From Selaginella moellendorffii (lineage: Eukaryota > Plantae > Lycopodiophyta): a stretch of 64,000 nucleotides of DNA. The stretch covers positions 1 to 64,000 of the forward strand of contig NW_003314308.1 in the NCBI RefSeq assembly GCF_000143415.4. Direction: 5' to 3'. Shown here piece by piece: positions 34,187 through 49,828 of the stretch (the first letter of the stretch is position 1; each line of letters opens with the position of its first letter). A program made the translations under genes and the position numbers. Under the pieces are notes generated by a model. It had not been told where the DNA came from. It searched no databases and was given only the letters and a program-made list of their open reading frames with translations.

Positions 34187-36884
34187 ATGGAGAGTTTCCT
34201 TTTGCATTACCAAAATCACCCACCGCTTTTTTTCTCTCAAAGTCTTATTTCAGAAAGTTTTCTTTGCCGACATTTTGATCTTTCTTTCAGTTCTATTTCA
34301 TTGGAGGCTGTGATTCGCAACAACATTGGTGTAGTTGAACAATCGGAGTTTCTTCTTTTAGGTGTAGGTGAAGGTGGACAACATTGGGATTTGCAACATT
34401 CCAAGTCAAAGGAGATTCGAGTTTTTGGATCTCCAATTAAAGTGCGAGGCTGCAATCCTGCCAAAGTGAATGTNNNNNNNNNNNNNNNNNNNNNNNNNNN
34501 NNNNNNNNNNNNNNNNNNNNNNNNNNNNNNNNNNNNNNNNNNNNNNNNNNNNNNNNNNNNNNNNNNNNNNNNNNNNNNNNNNNNNNNNNNNNNNNNNNNN
34601 NNNNNNNNNNNNNNNNNNNNNNNNNNNNNNNNNNNNNNNNNNNNNNNNNNNNNNNNNNNNNNNNNNNNNNNNNNNNNNNNNNNNNNNNNNNNNNNNNNNN
34701 NNNNNNNNNNACAAAAGGGGATGGAGACGAAGCAGGACTTTCACAACTGGTGCAAGATTAAGACCACATATTTCCAGCGTTTCAAAGGCACAGTGTCCAT
34801 GGTTCATTGTGGTGGGTATTTGGATTGTGTGAATAAAGCATGCAATTGAGAGCGTGGTAAAAAACTCCATATTTTTTGAAGGATCTGCAACCAATCCTCT
34901 CATCTGTGACACCATTGGTGTTGGATTCAAGTGTCAGTTTTGCAAGAATGCTCCATTGTGTTGTGCCATCTACGGGGCCAAGATGTACTATTTTCTTCCA
35001 TGGGATGGAGAGGCTGGTAGAGTTGCAGTACATATTGGCATGCACACACATCCAATGCAGGAAGGGATACAAAGGAGTTCAGTCAACCGTTTCAAAGATG
35101 CAATGCAAATAGAGACTGTAAGAAACTCATTTGCAACTCTAAAGCATGTTCAAATGACAGTGTTTAAGGATTTTATCACAAGCACTTTACTTGATCCGAA
35201 CTGCAAGAATACTCAACTGGATGAGACTAGCTTGCGGGAGTTACTACGACATGTGCAACTTGCAACTAGCCTCAGGAGGTATGAAAATATTATTACATAC
35301 TTTTCAATAATATCTCTCTTACATTTTGTTTTATTTAGGATAAAATCTTGGATGTGTGAATCTCAAGAGGGGAAACTCCAATAAAAAATCAACTCAATCC
35401 TTGAACTAAAATGGATTTATCCCTACGAGTTTATCCACCTTATCAAGCCAGATTTCCAATTAGCATTTAAAGAGTTGTGCAAACAATGGCAGGTTGTACC
35501 TTCTGAAGAAGAGCACAAGGCAAAAACAAACAAGATCTGAATGTGGTGGCATAAAAATAGCCATACTGACGTAAGTTGTCTACCACAACTTGAGTCATGG
35601 TTGGGGTGGTGGGAAGTTAGAATGTTCCAATGGGGACATCACTCTTTTCAGATTGGTTTTTCATTTTTTCCTCTCTTTTTATTGCTTTTTAATATCATCT
35701 TTTTATAAGGATCAACTACTTAAAGATCTTGCATACACCCCAACTTTGAATCTCTCAGAGAGTAAATATTGGAGCTGGCATTCCTCTGAGGCAGGGAAAG
35801 GGAAAATGAGTTTATATGAAGCATGTCTATCAAATTTGATACACGTTGTAGAGCAGCCTTCAAAAGCCTTGGCATTTGAGGAAGGAAGATACATGGGAAC
35901 AGGACTTTCAGTTGAGATGTTACAAGAAGAAAGTGACTCCACCAGCACAAACAGTGGCAACTGCAGTGGAGGAAGTGGTCTGTGGAACATCTATGGAGTA
36001 CACTCCCCGGGCTTCTATTGGTGATATGAAGACCGTCCGCTCAAAGCGTCGCTTTTCCTTTGTTGGTGAAGATGTTAGCACAGATCTTGGAGCAAAAAGC
36101 TCTCACAAGCTTGATGTTGAGTATCATTCTGCTCCAAGACATCACCCCCGAACCGAGCCATCTCAAGTGGCTGATGAAGAAAGTGCATCACAGCAAGTTG
36201 AAATTGCTTATCGTAGCATAGAGCCGAAGCAATGGGCAATCCATCGAGTGCCAACAAAATCAAATGTAAGGTGTGTGGGGATGCTTCCGAGAGGCAAGTG
36301 TTGGGCTTGGATCCGTGGTGACAAGTCTGCTTCTATTCCAACCCCATATTTCTATGGGGAACGAAAGCAAGTAGAATTTTCAAGATGGTGTTGGTTATAT
36401 TGCTACAACATTGATGTCAACCATACAAAGTGGCTTGAAAACACTATAGAGACTAAACCTGATGCAGTACCTAAAGAATGACCGGTTGCTAATGGGGTTG
36501 CGCTCACCTCGGATGAGATTGAAAACCTTGAGAAATTTGGTTTTAATCTTGAAAGGTAAGGCAGTTAAATTTATTGGTACCATCTCCAAGTAGAAGCAAG
36601 GTAAAATAAACTTGGCTCAAACACTTGAGTATGAGATTCTCTCCACAAAGTACATCATTGCGTTTGCAAAGGAGTACATAGTCAAAACAAAAGGTGGAGA
36701 GTACATAATTGCCATTTAAGACTTTCCTTCTTGCACATGTCCAAACTTTACGAAATGCGAGGAATATGGGAAGGCATATGCTTCTTGCAAGCATATGTAC
36801 TACATCTTTATCAACATCTTGCACCAGGATCCTAAAGTGGATATTCATATACACCAAACAAGTCTTATTATTGCCGAGTTGTAG
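34187..36884 (+). pseudogene. GCM/SWIM Mutator-like transposase remnant (copy B)
   Basis: As copy A, with an extra CAA>TAA just before the SWIM finger. Confidence 0.7.
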
Positions 36885-38433
36885 AAAAATTTTGGAGCTA
36901 ATTAGATTTTCCAACACTATTGATGTTTATTCTCTATCAATAATATAAATTAATTATACCTTATATAATTAATAAAAATATTTTATTATTTCACTTTTCA
37001 TTTCATATACTTGCGAGGGTTGTTTTCGCAATACTACCCATAGTATTCGTGAGTCTCCATTTTTTTCTTTATCATCTCAAAAAATATTTCATAGTAATCT
37101 TTTGGGTGTGTGATGTTGCAATGTATTATGAGAGCATATGTACTATCATAGTTGTGTTTTTTTTCCTTTCAAATGGTTATATGTCCTTATATATAATCTT
37201 AATTCAAATTTAATAATTTTAAAATTCTAATGAACCTAACATTTACTAGCTAGAAAGCACAGAGTACAAATTTAAAGAAGTGACAAGAATACTCTTTTTG
37301 CAAACATTTTATTTTATGTTCTAATAAACGTCTCTATCATTGCATGTAGTAAATATTTAAATTATTAAAACAAGAAGTGTCCTTTAGAACATTTTTATCT
37401 ATATAATATATAAAGAGTTATGAAATTATTAAGTTCACCATAACTTTAAAATTTTAAAGTTTATAATGTTTGTACTAAATTATAATTGAAAATTGAGCTC
37501 AACTCGTGAGCTCAACTGTTCAACTCGTGAGCTCAAGTATGGTCTGTGCTCTGGATCGGGAAGTTATTAATTGTTTTTGTTTTATTTCTAATCTAGATGT
37601 AATATAAAATAAATAAGGAAGTATACAGTAACTTAAAAATGAATTTTGGTTACAGCATTATTTATTATATAGCTAGCAATATAATAATAATAATAAATAA
37701 ATTTGCTCTAAATTATAAATAAATTATAAGAAAATATGTCTCTGATATATTATTTTTCAATTATAGTTAATCACTTGGATCCCTTGGAAATGATGAACTT
37801 GAAAAGATTACACAATGGCTAGTGCAAAATTTGTTTAATAATCTTGTTGTAGAGTAACTAATAGAGCAACAATAGTATGCATAGCATTTTTAGTTTACTT
37901 TAGAAAATATAGTGTAAATCATATACCTAAAATATTTAATATATAATAAAATATTCCTCATTCTAAGGGTTATAATTTCTTGCTGTTAAACTTTTCTATA
38001 ATTCATTTTTATCAAGATTTAATTCTAATATTCTTGGGGGATGGGGAGGGGGGCAGCTTCCTATTAGGTGTGTCTATCTTTATTTTACATTTGGCTTAGG
38101 TCTAAACTTAAGATCCATACCATGTTAGCTAGTGGAGTATTTATATCCTTGCGCTAGACCATTAATATGTTGAAATAATGCTTTAGCTTTGTTTTACATG
38201 TTTGTTTTAATGTTGGGATGCTAAAAGTTTTAAGACTATTTTAATGTTGTTTTGTGCTCCTGCTTCATCGCTCCTTAGTTGCATATTCAAGAGTTGTTCC
38301 ATACTTTTATTTTTTTATTCATTAGGCATATGCTTAGGAGTTTGATTCTATCATTTTGTTTAGTGGCCTAAGGCCCTAAAACTAAGGTGTTGCCCTTAGC
38401 ACACATATCTCAAAAGATAGGTCTGTTCCATTG

Positions 38434-39360
38434 CTATCCTATAGTAATTAAAAGGTGAAAATCATATATGCTATAGATATAAAGATGATTTTGTCTTAAG
38501 TATATGCTAGAAGATAAAGAAGATTTTATCTTGAAGCATATGCTAAAAGATAACCATGCAAAGTAGAAGAGGATCCATATCAAAAGGTGGTAATATACCC
38601 ATACAAACAATAATTTGATAGATATAAAGGAATTTAAAGTGCTCAACCATATGTTGTGTGCCATCAAAATTAATAATAAGAGTAAAAAACAACTAATAGT
38701 TAATAAAGCACCAGTAACATGAGTATGATTGTGTTGAAAATCCATAGTTAAAAATAAAATAGGAGAAGATGAGTCATCAATAGTAGCATATGTCTATTGT
38801 TGTTATCCATTAGAACTAGTAGCAATATAAGCTTCAGAGACTTGCCATGGATGAGGAATAACATGAGAAATTGAATAAGTATTATTTAGATGTTGACAAA
38901 AAAATTAGGAAATACGGCCAAAACGATTCTAAATATATAGTAGGGATAGTGGGTAAGTTGGGCATGGTTGACCAACCTGAAACATTATCTAGCTTCTTAT
39001 TAGGTATGTTCATTTTTGTTTTACGTTTGGCTTAAGTTTAAGCCCAAACTTTGTACTATATTAGCTGGTGGAATATTTTTATGTTAGGCCACTATTATGC
39101 TAAAATAGTCTTTTAGCTCCATTTTATGTGATAGTCTTGATATTGGAATGCTAAAAGCTCTATTCCTTATTCCTTATTTGTTCTTATTCCTTTGTTCATT
39201 AGCTTTATATATACTCAAGAGTTTTATTCATCATTTTATTTATTCACTCTTATTCCTTTGTTCATTGGTTATATATATACTCAAGAGTTTTGTTCATCCC
39301 TTTTTTTAGTGGCCAAGGCCCTAAAACTTAGGTGCCACTCTATTGCCATTAGCGCATACG

Positions 39361-39400
<40 letters not shown>

Positions 39401-41215
39401 AGCTTTTAAATTTGGATTTCTCATGATGTCATTAAGCCCAATACTATTCAACATTTAAACTTAAGGACACTTAACCCTAAATATTTTGAAACCTTTAATT
39501 GATTGAAAAAAAGGGGTTACACTTTTATTCATCCCTTTATATTTGAACTATATAGATCATCTCTCAAGTCATTCCCTTTAGTTATTTACAATTCATTACG
39601 TTTCTTTATAAGTTCTTTATAGATGCAGCTTTCTTGACACTGTACAAGTCAAGCTTAATTGGAATAAATTAGACTTGCTAAATGTTAATCTCAACATATG
39701 NNNNNNNNNNNNNNNNNNNNNNNNNNNNNNNNNNNNNNNNNNNNNNNNNNNNNNNNNNNNNNNNNNNNNNNNNNNNNNNNNNNNNNNNNNNNNNNNNNNN
39801 ATAATTCCTCTAGCCAACTGAAAGTCAAACCCAAGATCCCTCTAATACTAAATGTAAGCTCATAAATTTAAACTTTTTGGGAGGTCATCCAACTTAGGTT
39901 ATTCAAACGCAAGAATATTTAACCCCAAGACCTCTAACTGATTAAAAAATAGGTTACACTTTTATTTATGGGCCCTTTCCCCTTATATTTGAATATCATA
40001 TATCATTTCTCGAGTCATTCCTATTAGTTGTTTACAATATGTTTCAAGAGATATGGTCATTTTATAATAATTAACTATAGGCTATAAGGTGAAAATCATA
40101 TGTATTAAATATATAAAGATGATTTTGTTGTGAAATATATATATAAAAAGATGATCATGCAAAGTAAAAGAGTATCCATAACAATCAAAAGTTGGTAATA
40201 TACTCATGTTTAAAATACAAGCAATAGATAAAATATTATTGTGAAGGGATGGAATTATAAACTTTTAAATTTAAATTTCTTGGGAAGTCATCAAACCTAT
40301 TACTACTCAACTAAAAGATATGTGTTAATTATTCCAAAACCCTTAATTGATTGGAAAATAAAATACACTTTTGTTCATAAGCCTTTTCCCTTTGTACTTA
40401 AATCTTTACATATCATTTCTCAAATTATTCTTTTTGGTTGATTACAGAAATATAAAAAACTCTCTTGAGAAAAAGAGAGTTTTAAATTTGTATCCTAAAT
40501 AACTTGGATAATCATAAAGGAATTCAAAGTACTCAACCATATATTATGTGGCATCAGAGTCAACATTAAGAGTAAAAGAAGAACTAATAGTCAATGAAAC
40601 ACCAGTAATATAAGCATGATAAGAATCCTTAGTTAAAGACAAAATAGGAGAAGATGATTCATCGATAGTAGTATGTACTTGTTGCTGTTATCCACTAGAA
40701 CTAGTAGCAATATAAGCTTAAGGGAGTTGCCATGGATGAAGAATAACATGAGAAATTGAACAAGTATTATTTAGGTATTGATAACAAAATTAAAAAATAT
40801 GGTTAGAACGATGATAAAACCCAGAAGATTGATGATAAAGGCATGCTTATCAACCATAATTATAACAACTATTGCCCAAACCACCATAAGAATGAAATGA
40901 ATTTTATTAAAAAGAGAACCACTTATTTGAAACATGAGCATTAATAGATGGTGACTAAGAGTAAAGTGTCCGGGGAAGCATATTGAACAACAATTCTAAT
41001 CACAAATTGCAGTAAGAGCAATCTTAAAATTATAATGATCATTCATCATAAGATTAGTAACCACAATAGAATACTTTAAAGGAAGAGTGTTCAAAAACCA
41101 AAGAAAGCAATCCTCAAGGGTAAGAGTCATATCTCAGCTGTAAGTCTAGTTGTATCATATAGCCTTTGTGATATTGCTTGGATCTATAATTCTTAAGTGA
41201 AAACTTGATGAAGTT
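38434..41215 (-). mobile_element. AT-rich region with degenerate copia remnants (copy B)
   Basis: Colinear with 8620-11330. Confidence 0.5.
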
Positions 41216-41510
41216 CTTTGGTGTAGTTTGGATTGCAATTGCGACTAATTGCGCTAGTCTGCTGTTGTAGTTGCAAAATGACAAAGGGCTTTTGATGTTA
41301 TTGATCTTGTGTTGGTACAGTAATTCTCGCCCTAGAACAAGCTACCAAACACAGGAATCAATTAAAAACTAACTTGAGATCTTCAATGCTCAAGAAGGCT
41401 CATGCAAATGGTTGTGAGTAAGGATAGGCTTGATATTACTAGAATACTCCAAGTCGTGAGAAAATGGATGTGCATTGGTCATAAGCTGGAATACAATAGA
41501 GAAGTGCTAA

Positions 41511-43596
41511 CTCTCCCCCTTAATTACTTTTACATGGTGGCAACTGCCACTTCTTCATGAGTCATGATTGTCAACTACGAAGCTTTGCGCTTTTTTTAGC
41601 GAGCTGGTCATTGATGCATTGTGTTTCCGCACATACTATCCTCTAGGACATATCTCTAGAGTTAGGATTTTGCTCTCTTGCATGGAGTGTCAAGTTTGAG
41701 TCCTTGTGGTAACTTTCTTGAGTTTTTTCTTTGTTGGTGTGGTAGTGTTGGAGAAGCTTGCTTTATGTTGGTCTTTGGCATGTTTGTTAATGAGTCTTAT
41801 GACATTTGTTAGTATCTAAATCTTGTTTTGGGTCAAAGTTTTTCAAATTATTATTTTTCTTCATGCTGTTTTCTTGAGCTTGATTTTTCAGAGTTTTTCT
41901 TGTGTTGGATTTTTGAATTTGAGCTTTGTGTTTTTTATTGTGTTGAGTTCTTGAGCTTGAACTTTGTAAATCTTAGATGTGTTGAAATTTTGAGTTTGAG
42001 TCTTCATAGTCTTGATCTTTTGATCTTCACGCCTGTAGTTCTTCTTGATATTTCATTCTTAATCTTTAAAATTGAAACCTTCATTTCTTTTAAGATTGTT
42101 GTTGATGATGTTTGAGTCGTATGATTGGTATTTCTTAAGCTTGTTAAAGTTGACGGTTTGGAGATGTTTGCCATCGAATGTTGCGATTGTTCCCATTCTT
42201 GGAGCTTTGAATTTTTGGATCGCAGCATGGTCCATCCTATCTTGACTTCACTTTCGAACCGATTTTCTCAATGTTTTTTAGAAACCAAAGTACTTGATCA
42301 TTGATCTTGAATTCTTTATTTTTCTTTAATTTTCTCTTTTAGTCATGGTTGGATTTTCTTTAAGCTTAAATGGCTTCAAGTGTCTAAATTACTTATAGTC
42401 TTTCTTTATCAAGTTTTTCTAGTGTGATTAGTTTTTTTTTAATTGATTCTTCTTGGTTGATCTCGTAGTGTATTGCCATTCACAATGAAGGACGATGTAC
42501 TTGAGTGGTGTTAGGGCTTCTAAGTCATAAGCAAGCTTGAATAATGTCGAATTTGTTGAAACCTTGTATGTTGTTCAATATACCCATAAGGTATTGTAAA
42601 TATGATTGTTCCAATCTTTCTAATTTGTTTTTATGATTTTCTTGAGGATATTCTTAAGTGTCTTGTTTGTCAACTCTGTTTAACCGTTGCCTTGAGGGTA
42701 GTATGGTGTTAAAGCCTTATGCTTGTTTCTCTTGAAGCTTGTTATGAGTAGTCCAAAGAAGTCAAGTCCCTATCGTTAAAATGGTTCCAGTGGTGTTATT
42801 AGATGAAGCTCTTAAATTTGTTTCTTTGATGTGTACTTGGTTTGTTAACAAATGTTGCATTCTTGACAAAATTTTACTAAGTTATGCCAAAGTGTTAGCC
42901 ACTAGAGTCCTACTTGCAAAATCTTGTGAGCTGTGATTTCTTCTGTGAAGTGGCCTCTTGCTTGTCCATAGTGGGCTTCTCCAAGTAGATCTTGAGTTCT
43001 TCAAGTTGTACACATCTTCGTAGCACATTGTCTCATCCTTTTTTGTACAATCTTCCTCCCACGACTGAATACCTCAAGGCAAATTGTTTACGGTGATTAG
43101 AGATGGAGTATCGATTTGGAATTATTGTTGTTATGAGGTAGTAGTAGATGTCATTCGTCCATGTTGATGATGTGTGGATGCAAAGTATGTTAGAGTCAGA
43201 AAAGTCATCCATATTATATTTTAGCTAAGGTGGTTGGTTTATACATGTTGTTTGCCAGGTTTGTGAATAATCTTGAAGTTGTATTCTTGAAGTAATAAGA
43301 ACCATTAAGTCTTGTTGAGGAGATGTAAAAGTGCTTTGTAGTTAACAATGATCTTGACTTTGGTGCCGAGTAGGTAGTGTCAAAACTTTTATAGTGCATA
43401 GACCATTGCTAAAACTTCTTTTTCAGTGGTGGTGTAATTCATCTCAGTTGAGTTGAGTCTTCAGCTCGCATAGTAAATTGGTCAGTCTTTGAGGTCTTAT
43501 TGTTGTTGAGAAAGTATTGCTCTGATGGCATAATCAAAGGTGTCAATGTGTATTGAAGTCTTTGTCCCAGTTTGGTTGGGCAAGTATTGGAGCCCT
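41511..43596 (-). mobile_element. Old gypsy RNase H-integrase remnant (copy B)
   Basis: Colinear with 11625-13575. Confidence 0.8.
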
Positions 43597-46500
43597 TGTT
43601 AAGGAATTTGTTAGAAACCCCCCAATTCTTGCCACATTCCTGACTCTCGCCAAATTCCTGACCCACAGACCACATTCCTGACTCTCAAGACACGACCACA
43701 TTCCTGACTCTTAAGACACTTCCCTATTTCTGACTCTTTGATTTCCTGTATGATTCCTGATTCTCGGACCACATTGCTGATGATGATGTGGCACCTCCTC
43801 AACCTCAGTTATATTTAGACTATCCTCGATCCAAGAGTGCTGAAGCTTCATTAACCTATAGTATATATAGGTTAGCCTTGTTCCATTTCTTCACAATATG
43901 AATCAACACTAGTCAAAGGCCTTTTCTTCATCTCCACTAGCTTTTCTCTTTGTCTTTTGCATTTTCCAGTCCTGATCTTATTGGGGGTCTTGACAGTTTG
44001 ATTCAAATTGTGCTTTCTGCTTTTGTTTTAGCTCATTTTGATTGTTTGATTGCATTTGCCTTTTTCCCCCTTTTCTTTCTTCTTTGCTAATGGAGTTTCC
44101 AAGCCATTTGATTTCTTTGCCGAAGTCCTTGCAAAAATCCAGTATGAGAATACCGAGCTAAAGGCACATGCAACAGAAGCTTGCTTCACTTTCGGCTCAA
44201 GGATCAAGCAGAGTTCCTGAACCGAAGATGAGTTTCCCGGCGATGTTCTCAAGCAAGCATTTGGAGCTTCGCAGATTCCTAAACCAGATGGAGCTGATCT
44301 TCACACTTCAACATCGGTGGTACCCCACTCTCGAGTCTCAAATCGGCACGATCGGGACATTGGTCAAAGGTGTAGCTTTGTCATGGTTTTCTCCTCTCCT
44401 GGAGAAGAGCATGAAAGGGGTCGTGGTTCTGGAGCTGATGGATCTTCAGTTGTTCAAAGAGGATCTTGAAGCATGTTTTGGTGAGATAGATTGGGTTTGG
44501 GCTGCCACCACAAAGATGAGACGCCTCTCTCAGGGGTCTCATCTTGCCTCAATCTATGCTACGGAGTTCCAACTCCTTGCCTTGGATACTCAATGGGATG
44601 AGCGGGCCTTGATTGATCAATTTCGTTTTGGCCTCAACAACAGTGTCAAGGATTTGTTGCTCACCATGGAGGATCCCACAAACCTGTCGGACACCATCAA
44701 CAAAGCTATTTGATGTGATAATCGTCTCTTTGAACGTTGTTAGGAAAGTCACCACACCACCGTTTTCCCGTCCCAGACTCAGGAATCCCAGCTTGAGTCT
44801 TTGGGGCATACTCCTGAACCTACTACTCCAGTCCTAATGGATATTTCTGGTACTCCCCGACTCATCAGAGGGAAGCTAAGTCCTGCTGAGAAGCAAAGTC
44901 GAATATCTTAGAATCTTTGCCTCTACTGTGCCGATCCTAATCCCTAAGCAGCTGTGTGTCCTAAGAAGCCTCCCTGATTGCTCGAGTTCACTCTACCTTA
45001 AGGTCCACCTCTATTGCAGTCAGGAAACGACCCTGTCCAAACAGAGTAGGAGCTGTCTATTTGAACTCCCCGAATAAAAACAACTTTTCTTCTTTATCAA
45101 ATTCCTCACCACCTTTCATCAAAGCCACCACCAATTCCCGCAACTTTCGCATCCTATGTCTCCTTTCTTTCACCGAACAATCAGGACTCAAGGCTTTGGC
45201 GCTACTGGACTTGAGTGTAACTTCTTGCTTCATAGACACGAACTTTGCTGCCCGACATCATGTTCCTCCTTCTCCTACCATACGGGATATGAGGGTTGAA
45301 GGCATTGGCAGGCAATTTGTGTCTCCATCTTTTTGACTTAGGGAAACATTGCCCGTTCGAGTACATATTGGGTCCACCGTCACTGATATCGCCTTCAACA
45401 TCATCAACAACAAGTCTTCTTCTGTGGTGCTCGGCCTTCCTTGGTTCCAACTGCACCAGCCTCAGATCTATTGGAAGGAATTACAGCTCGTTTCTCCCAC
45501 ATCAGCATCTCCCATGTCTTCCCCTATTGTTCATCAAGTCCAAATCAGGAAAAGTTCCCTAAACTCAAATTGGGGTTTTGTTCCTAACTCTACAAAGTTT
45601 TCACCCTCTTATTTTCCCTCTCTTCCATCTTACATTGAATAGTATCCTTGTCCCATCATTCCATTCAGTCATACGCCTCCTCCTATCTCCACAATCACTA
45701 TGAAAGAACTCCTTCACAAAAAACCTATTTTCCTTTTTGCTTTGCATGTTTCTCTTGTCAGTCTTTCTGAGAAGTATTATGATTTTGGGAATGTGTTTGA
45801 CAAAAAAAAAGCTAGTGTACTATCTGTTCATCGGCCTTATGACTGTCCTATTGATTTACAAGAAGGAGCATCACCTTCGTGGGGGCCTATCTACAGATTA
45901 TCCCCGTCCGAGTTTAAGGCCTTTGTAAGAAACCAAAGGGAACGATTCAAGACATAGTCCATGGGGTTCAAATATAGAGGGAAAGGGCCCATGAACAATA
46001 GTGCACCCCCTTCTCGAATCGGTTAAGGGTCTTGGGATATTTAGGGTTAAGCGTCCTTGGGTTTGAATAGTACTGGGCTGGGTGACCTCCCGGGAAGTCC
46101 AAACTTAGGAGTTTACAACCCTCAAAGAGTACATGGACGAGAACCTTGCATCGGGGTACATTCAGCATTCGCAATCCCTGGCTGGAGCACCTATCTTCTT
46201 TGTCAAGAAGAAGCATGGGAGTTTGCGGTTAGTCATCGACTACTAAGGTTTGAACAAGGTGACTGCTCGGAACCATTATCTTTGGAACACCTCAGTGGTG
46301 TGCACTTCTTCACCAAGATTCACCTTTGTGGAGCATACAACCTGATCCAGATCCGGCCTAGCGATGAATAGAAGACTGCATTCTGAACCCGCTATGGCCA
46401 CTTTGAGTACACGGTCATGCCCTTTGGCTTGACAAATGCTCTAGCAGTTTTCCAACACATGGCGAACGACATCTTTCGGGAGTTTCTTGATATGATGGTG

Positions 46501-48845
46501 ATCGTCTACCTCGACGACATCCTCATCTACTCAAAAACTTAGGAGGAGCATGACGAGCATATGCGCAAGGTGCTAGTGAAGCTGCGGGAACACGGCCTAT
46601 ACGTAAAGCTTGAGAAATGTTCCTTCAATCAGGAGTCTGTGGAGTTCCTTGGGTACATTGTCACTCCTGAGGGTATCACGATAGATCCTGCCAAAGTCAA
46701 GACTATTCTCGAATGGGAGCCTCCACAATCAATGTCAGACGTTCAGGTTTTTCTTGGCTTCGCCAATTTTTACTGCAAATTCATTGATCACTACTCCGAC
46801 ATTGTCCTTCCTCTCACGCATCTCACTCGCAAGGATGTTCCCTTCTCTTGGTTTGCTGCTGCCCAGCAGGCCTTTGACACACTCAAGGTGGCCTTTAGTT
46901 CTGCTCCCGTCTTGATCCACGCTGATCCCTCACAACCTTTCTTCATCAAGGCAGATGCCTCCGACTTTGCCATCGGTGCTGTGCTGTCTCAACTCGGAGC
47001 AGACCAGCTCCTTGCCATTGTGGATTCCTTTAGAAAGTGGCATCATTTCTTGGAGGGGGCGAGCCATCAAACAATGGTGTAGACGGATCACAAAAATCTG
47101 GAGTACTTTGCCACTTCCCGAGTTTTGAGCCATCGTCAGGCAAGGTGGGCACAATTCCTGAGTCAGTTTGACTTTGTTATCAAGTACAAACCTAGAAAGC
47201 TTCAGGGCCTTCCTGATGCTCTTTCAAGGCACTCCTATCTCAGTCTCAGGCCTGGTAATCCTGCTTTCGATCAACAGGATCAAGTTATCCTTGGTCCTGA
47301 TCGGCTTCAAGTTATGGCAATTTCCCTGGCCCCTCAGGACTCCTCCTTGATGGACGCGATCAGAAATGATCTTCAATCTGACGACCTCGCCAGTGACATT
47401 TTCCCCCATCTTTAGGCTGGACATCCAATGACTCCCGATTGCCGGTGATTTGACGAATTCAAGTTTTTAGATGGCTTGTTGTACTGTGGGGAGCAGATTT
47501 ATATTGCTGAAGGTGATGCTCGAAGGTTGGTCCTGATGGCATGCCACGATAGCCCAACTGTTAGTCACTTTGGCATTGCGAAAACCTATGAGCTGGTTGC
47601 ACGGGACTTTTGGTGGCCTCACATGGACAATTACATCAAAGCTTTTGTTACTTCTTGTGACACTTGTGCCTGGAATAAGGTACCTTGCCACTTTCCTTTA
47701 GGTTTGCTTCATTCTTTCCTGGTCCCTTCAGGTCCTTGGGAATCCATCTCAATGGATTTCTTGAGTGATCTTCCAAGTTCTGGAGGCTTCAACAACATTT
47801 TAGTCGTGGTGGATTGCTTCACAAAGATGGCACACTTCCTGCTGTGTACCAAGGAGCTTTCAGGCGAGGACATGGCAAAACTGGTATTCAAGGAAATTTT
47901 CCGACTTCATGGGATTCTTGCAGATGTAGTTTCGGATCTAGGACCTCAATTCATCTCTCATTTTTGGCAACAGTTCCTGCAGCTTCTTGGAGTGAAGGCC
48001 AACCTCTCTTCAGCGTATCATCCTCAAACTGATGGATAGTCCGAGCGAACGATTTAGACATTGGAACAATTCCTGAGATGTTTCATCAACTATCATCATA
48101 ATGACTGGTTCAATATCCTTCCCCTTGCTGAGTTCTCCTATAACAACTCCATTCACTCCTCCCTTCAAGTTTCCCCCTTCTTTACAAACTCTGGCTGAAA
48201 TCCCTAATTTAATCTCTCACTTCCTTCTCTATCCGAATCCTCTCGTTCAAATCCCTACTTTGAGGCATTTATCTTTAAACTCTAGGAAATCCATAACTCC
48301 ATCTCCTTCCACCTTCATCGTGCTCAAGAATCTCACAAAACACTCACCAATGTCCATCGTCAGAATTGTCCCTTTTACAATATCGGGGATATCCTTAGGT
48401 GAAATATCTCCACCACCAGGCTATGTCCCAAACTCAATTTCAAATGCCTTGGTCCTTTCCTTATCACTGCCATCATTAATTCTGTCATTTATCACCTTGC
48501 ACTTCCCTCCTCATATCAAATTCACCCCATTTTTCACTCCTCTCTCCTTGAGCCTTATATTCCCAGTCCTATTCCAAATCGGGTCATTCCTCCACCTCCC
48601 CAGTGCAGCTTGAAGATGGGTCTGAGTACAAGGTTCAGGATATCCTTGATTCCAAAATCTCACGGTCTAAACTCTATTATTTGGTAGATTAGAAGGGTTA
48701 CGAACTTAAGGAATGCACTTGGGAACCTGCAAACCACTTAATTCATTTTCCTGACCTTATTCTTGACTTTCATTGCCGCTATCCTTCTCATTCTAGTCCT
48801 CATTCTTTTCATTCCCCATCTCCTGTCCCTCGACGCCCAAGAAGG
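43597..48845 (+). mobile_element. Chromovirus (copy B): 5' LTR 43597-43995, chromodomain retained, no 3' LTR
   Basis: gag, RT, RNase H, integrase; [11 protein letters not shown]...YYLVD*KGY...TWEP chromodomain at ~48624-48730; self-complementary PBS 43998-44012 vs 43892-43906. Confidence 0.93.
45924..46117. mobile_element. 194-bp solo LTR (copy B)
   Basis: TGTAAG...TTTACA; flanks GCCTT/ACCCT. Confidence 0.85.
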
Positions 48846-49544
48846 ATCGTAGTCCGGTGACTAAAGCACTATTATATGAGTATGGACTATCTTTTTAAGT
48901 TGGAGGCATTAGTGATGTGAGCGGTGCTTGCTTTCCTTAAGGATATCCTAGTACTCCCTCATCTTGGCTGTGCCATAATTCTCTACCTCAAAAGTACACT
49001 TAGCTCAGAAAAGTGAAATCATTTATAAAGAGACTATCTAAACTGCTGCTTAACCTTGTGTTATTGTGAAAGTTCTTGCTTCTTCGTCATGTTATTTACT
49101 TTAATTGGTCTTCAATCTATTCTCGGGCTTTATGATTCCTATATTCTTGTCTTGCTTGCTCACAACATTGTGTTTTTCCTGCAGAGGATTCCAAGTGTTG
49201 GATCTGGTACTATTGGATATGTCTGATCTGATCATGTCCTAGTATGGAAACCGTCTATGTGTAAAAGTTTTTGATATTTTCTTTGGAAAAACAAAAGAGT
49301 TTGAAACTTTTATGTTTTTTGGGATAAAGTTTCATACTTATATTAGAGAGTGTCCCAACAAATATTAAATTCTTCAACTAAAATTATAATATTGAATGCA
49401 TTTCAATACAAAATTAAGCAAGATATTTAATTATTGATCTTTTTCTATAAACAATGCTGGGTATAAACCCATTTCAAATATTTCATAATTTCTTTATATT
49501 GTAGGTTATGCTTGATTTAAAGGAGTTTTTGTAAGTTAATAATT

Positions 49545-49828
49545 TTTTTTCTAATCTAGATGTAATATAATATAAATAAGGAAGTAAACTTAATATTAGA
49601 GTAACTTAAAAATTAATGTTTCTTACATCATTATTCATTATATAGCTGTCTCTTGGTCTAGCTGATGTAGCATTCTAATTTCAGTACTATAAGTTTATGA
49701 TAATAATATTAAATAAATTTTCTCTAAATTATAAGAAAATATGTCTCTGATATATTTTTTTTCAATTATAGTTAATCACTTGGATCCCTTGGAAATGATG
49801 AACTTGAAAAGATTACATAATGGCTAGT
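49545..49828 (+). repeat. AT-rich dispersed repeat
   Basis: Direct homolog of ~37585-37823 and ~7675-8008 (shared cacttggatcccttggaaatgatgaact). Confidence 0.75.
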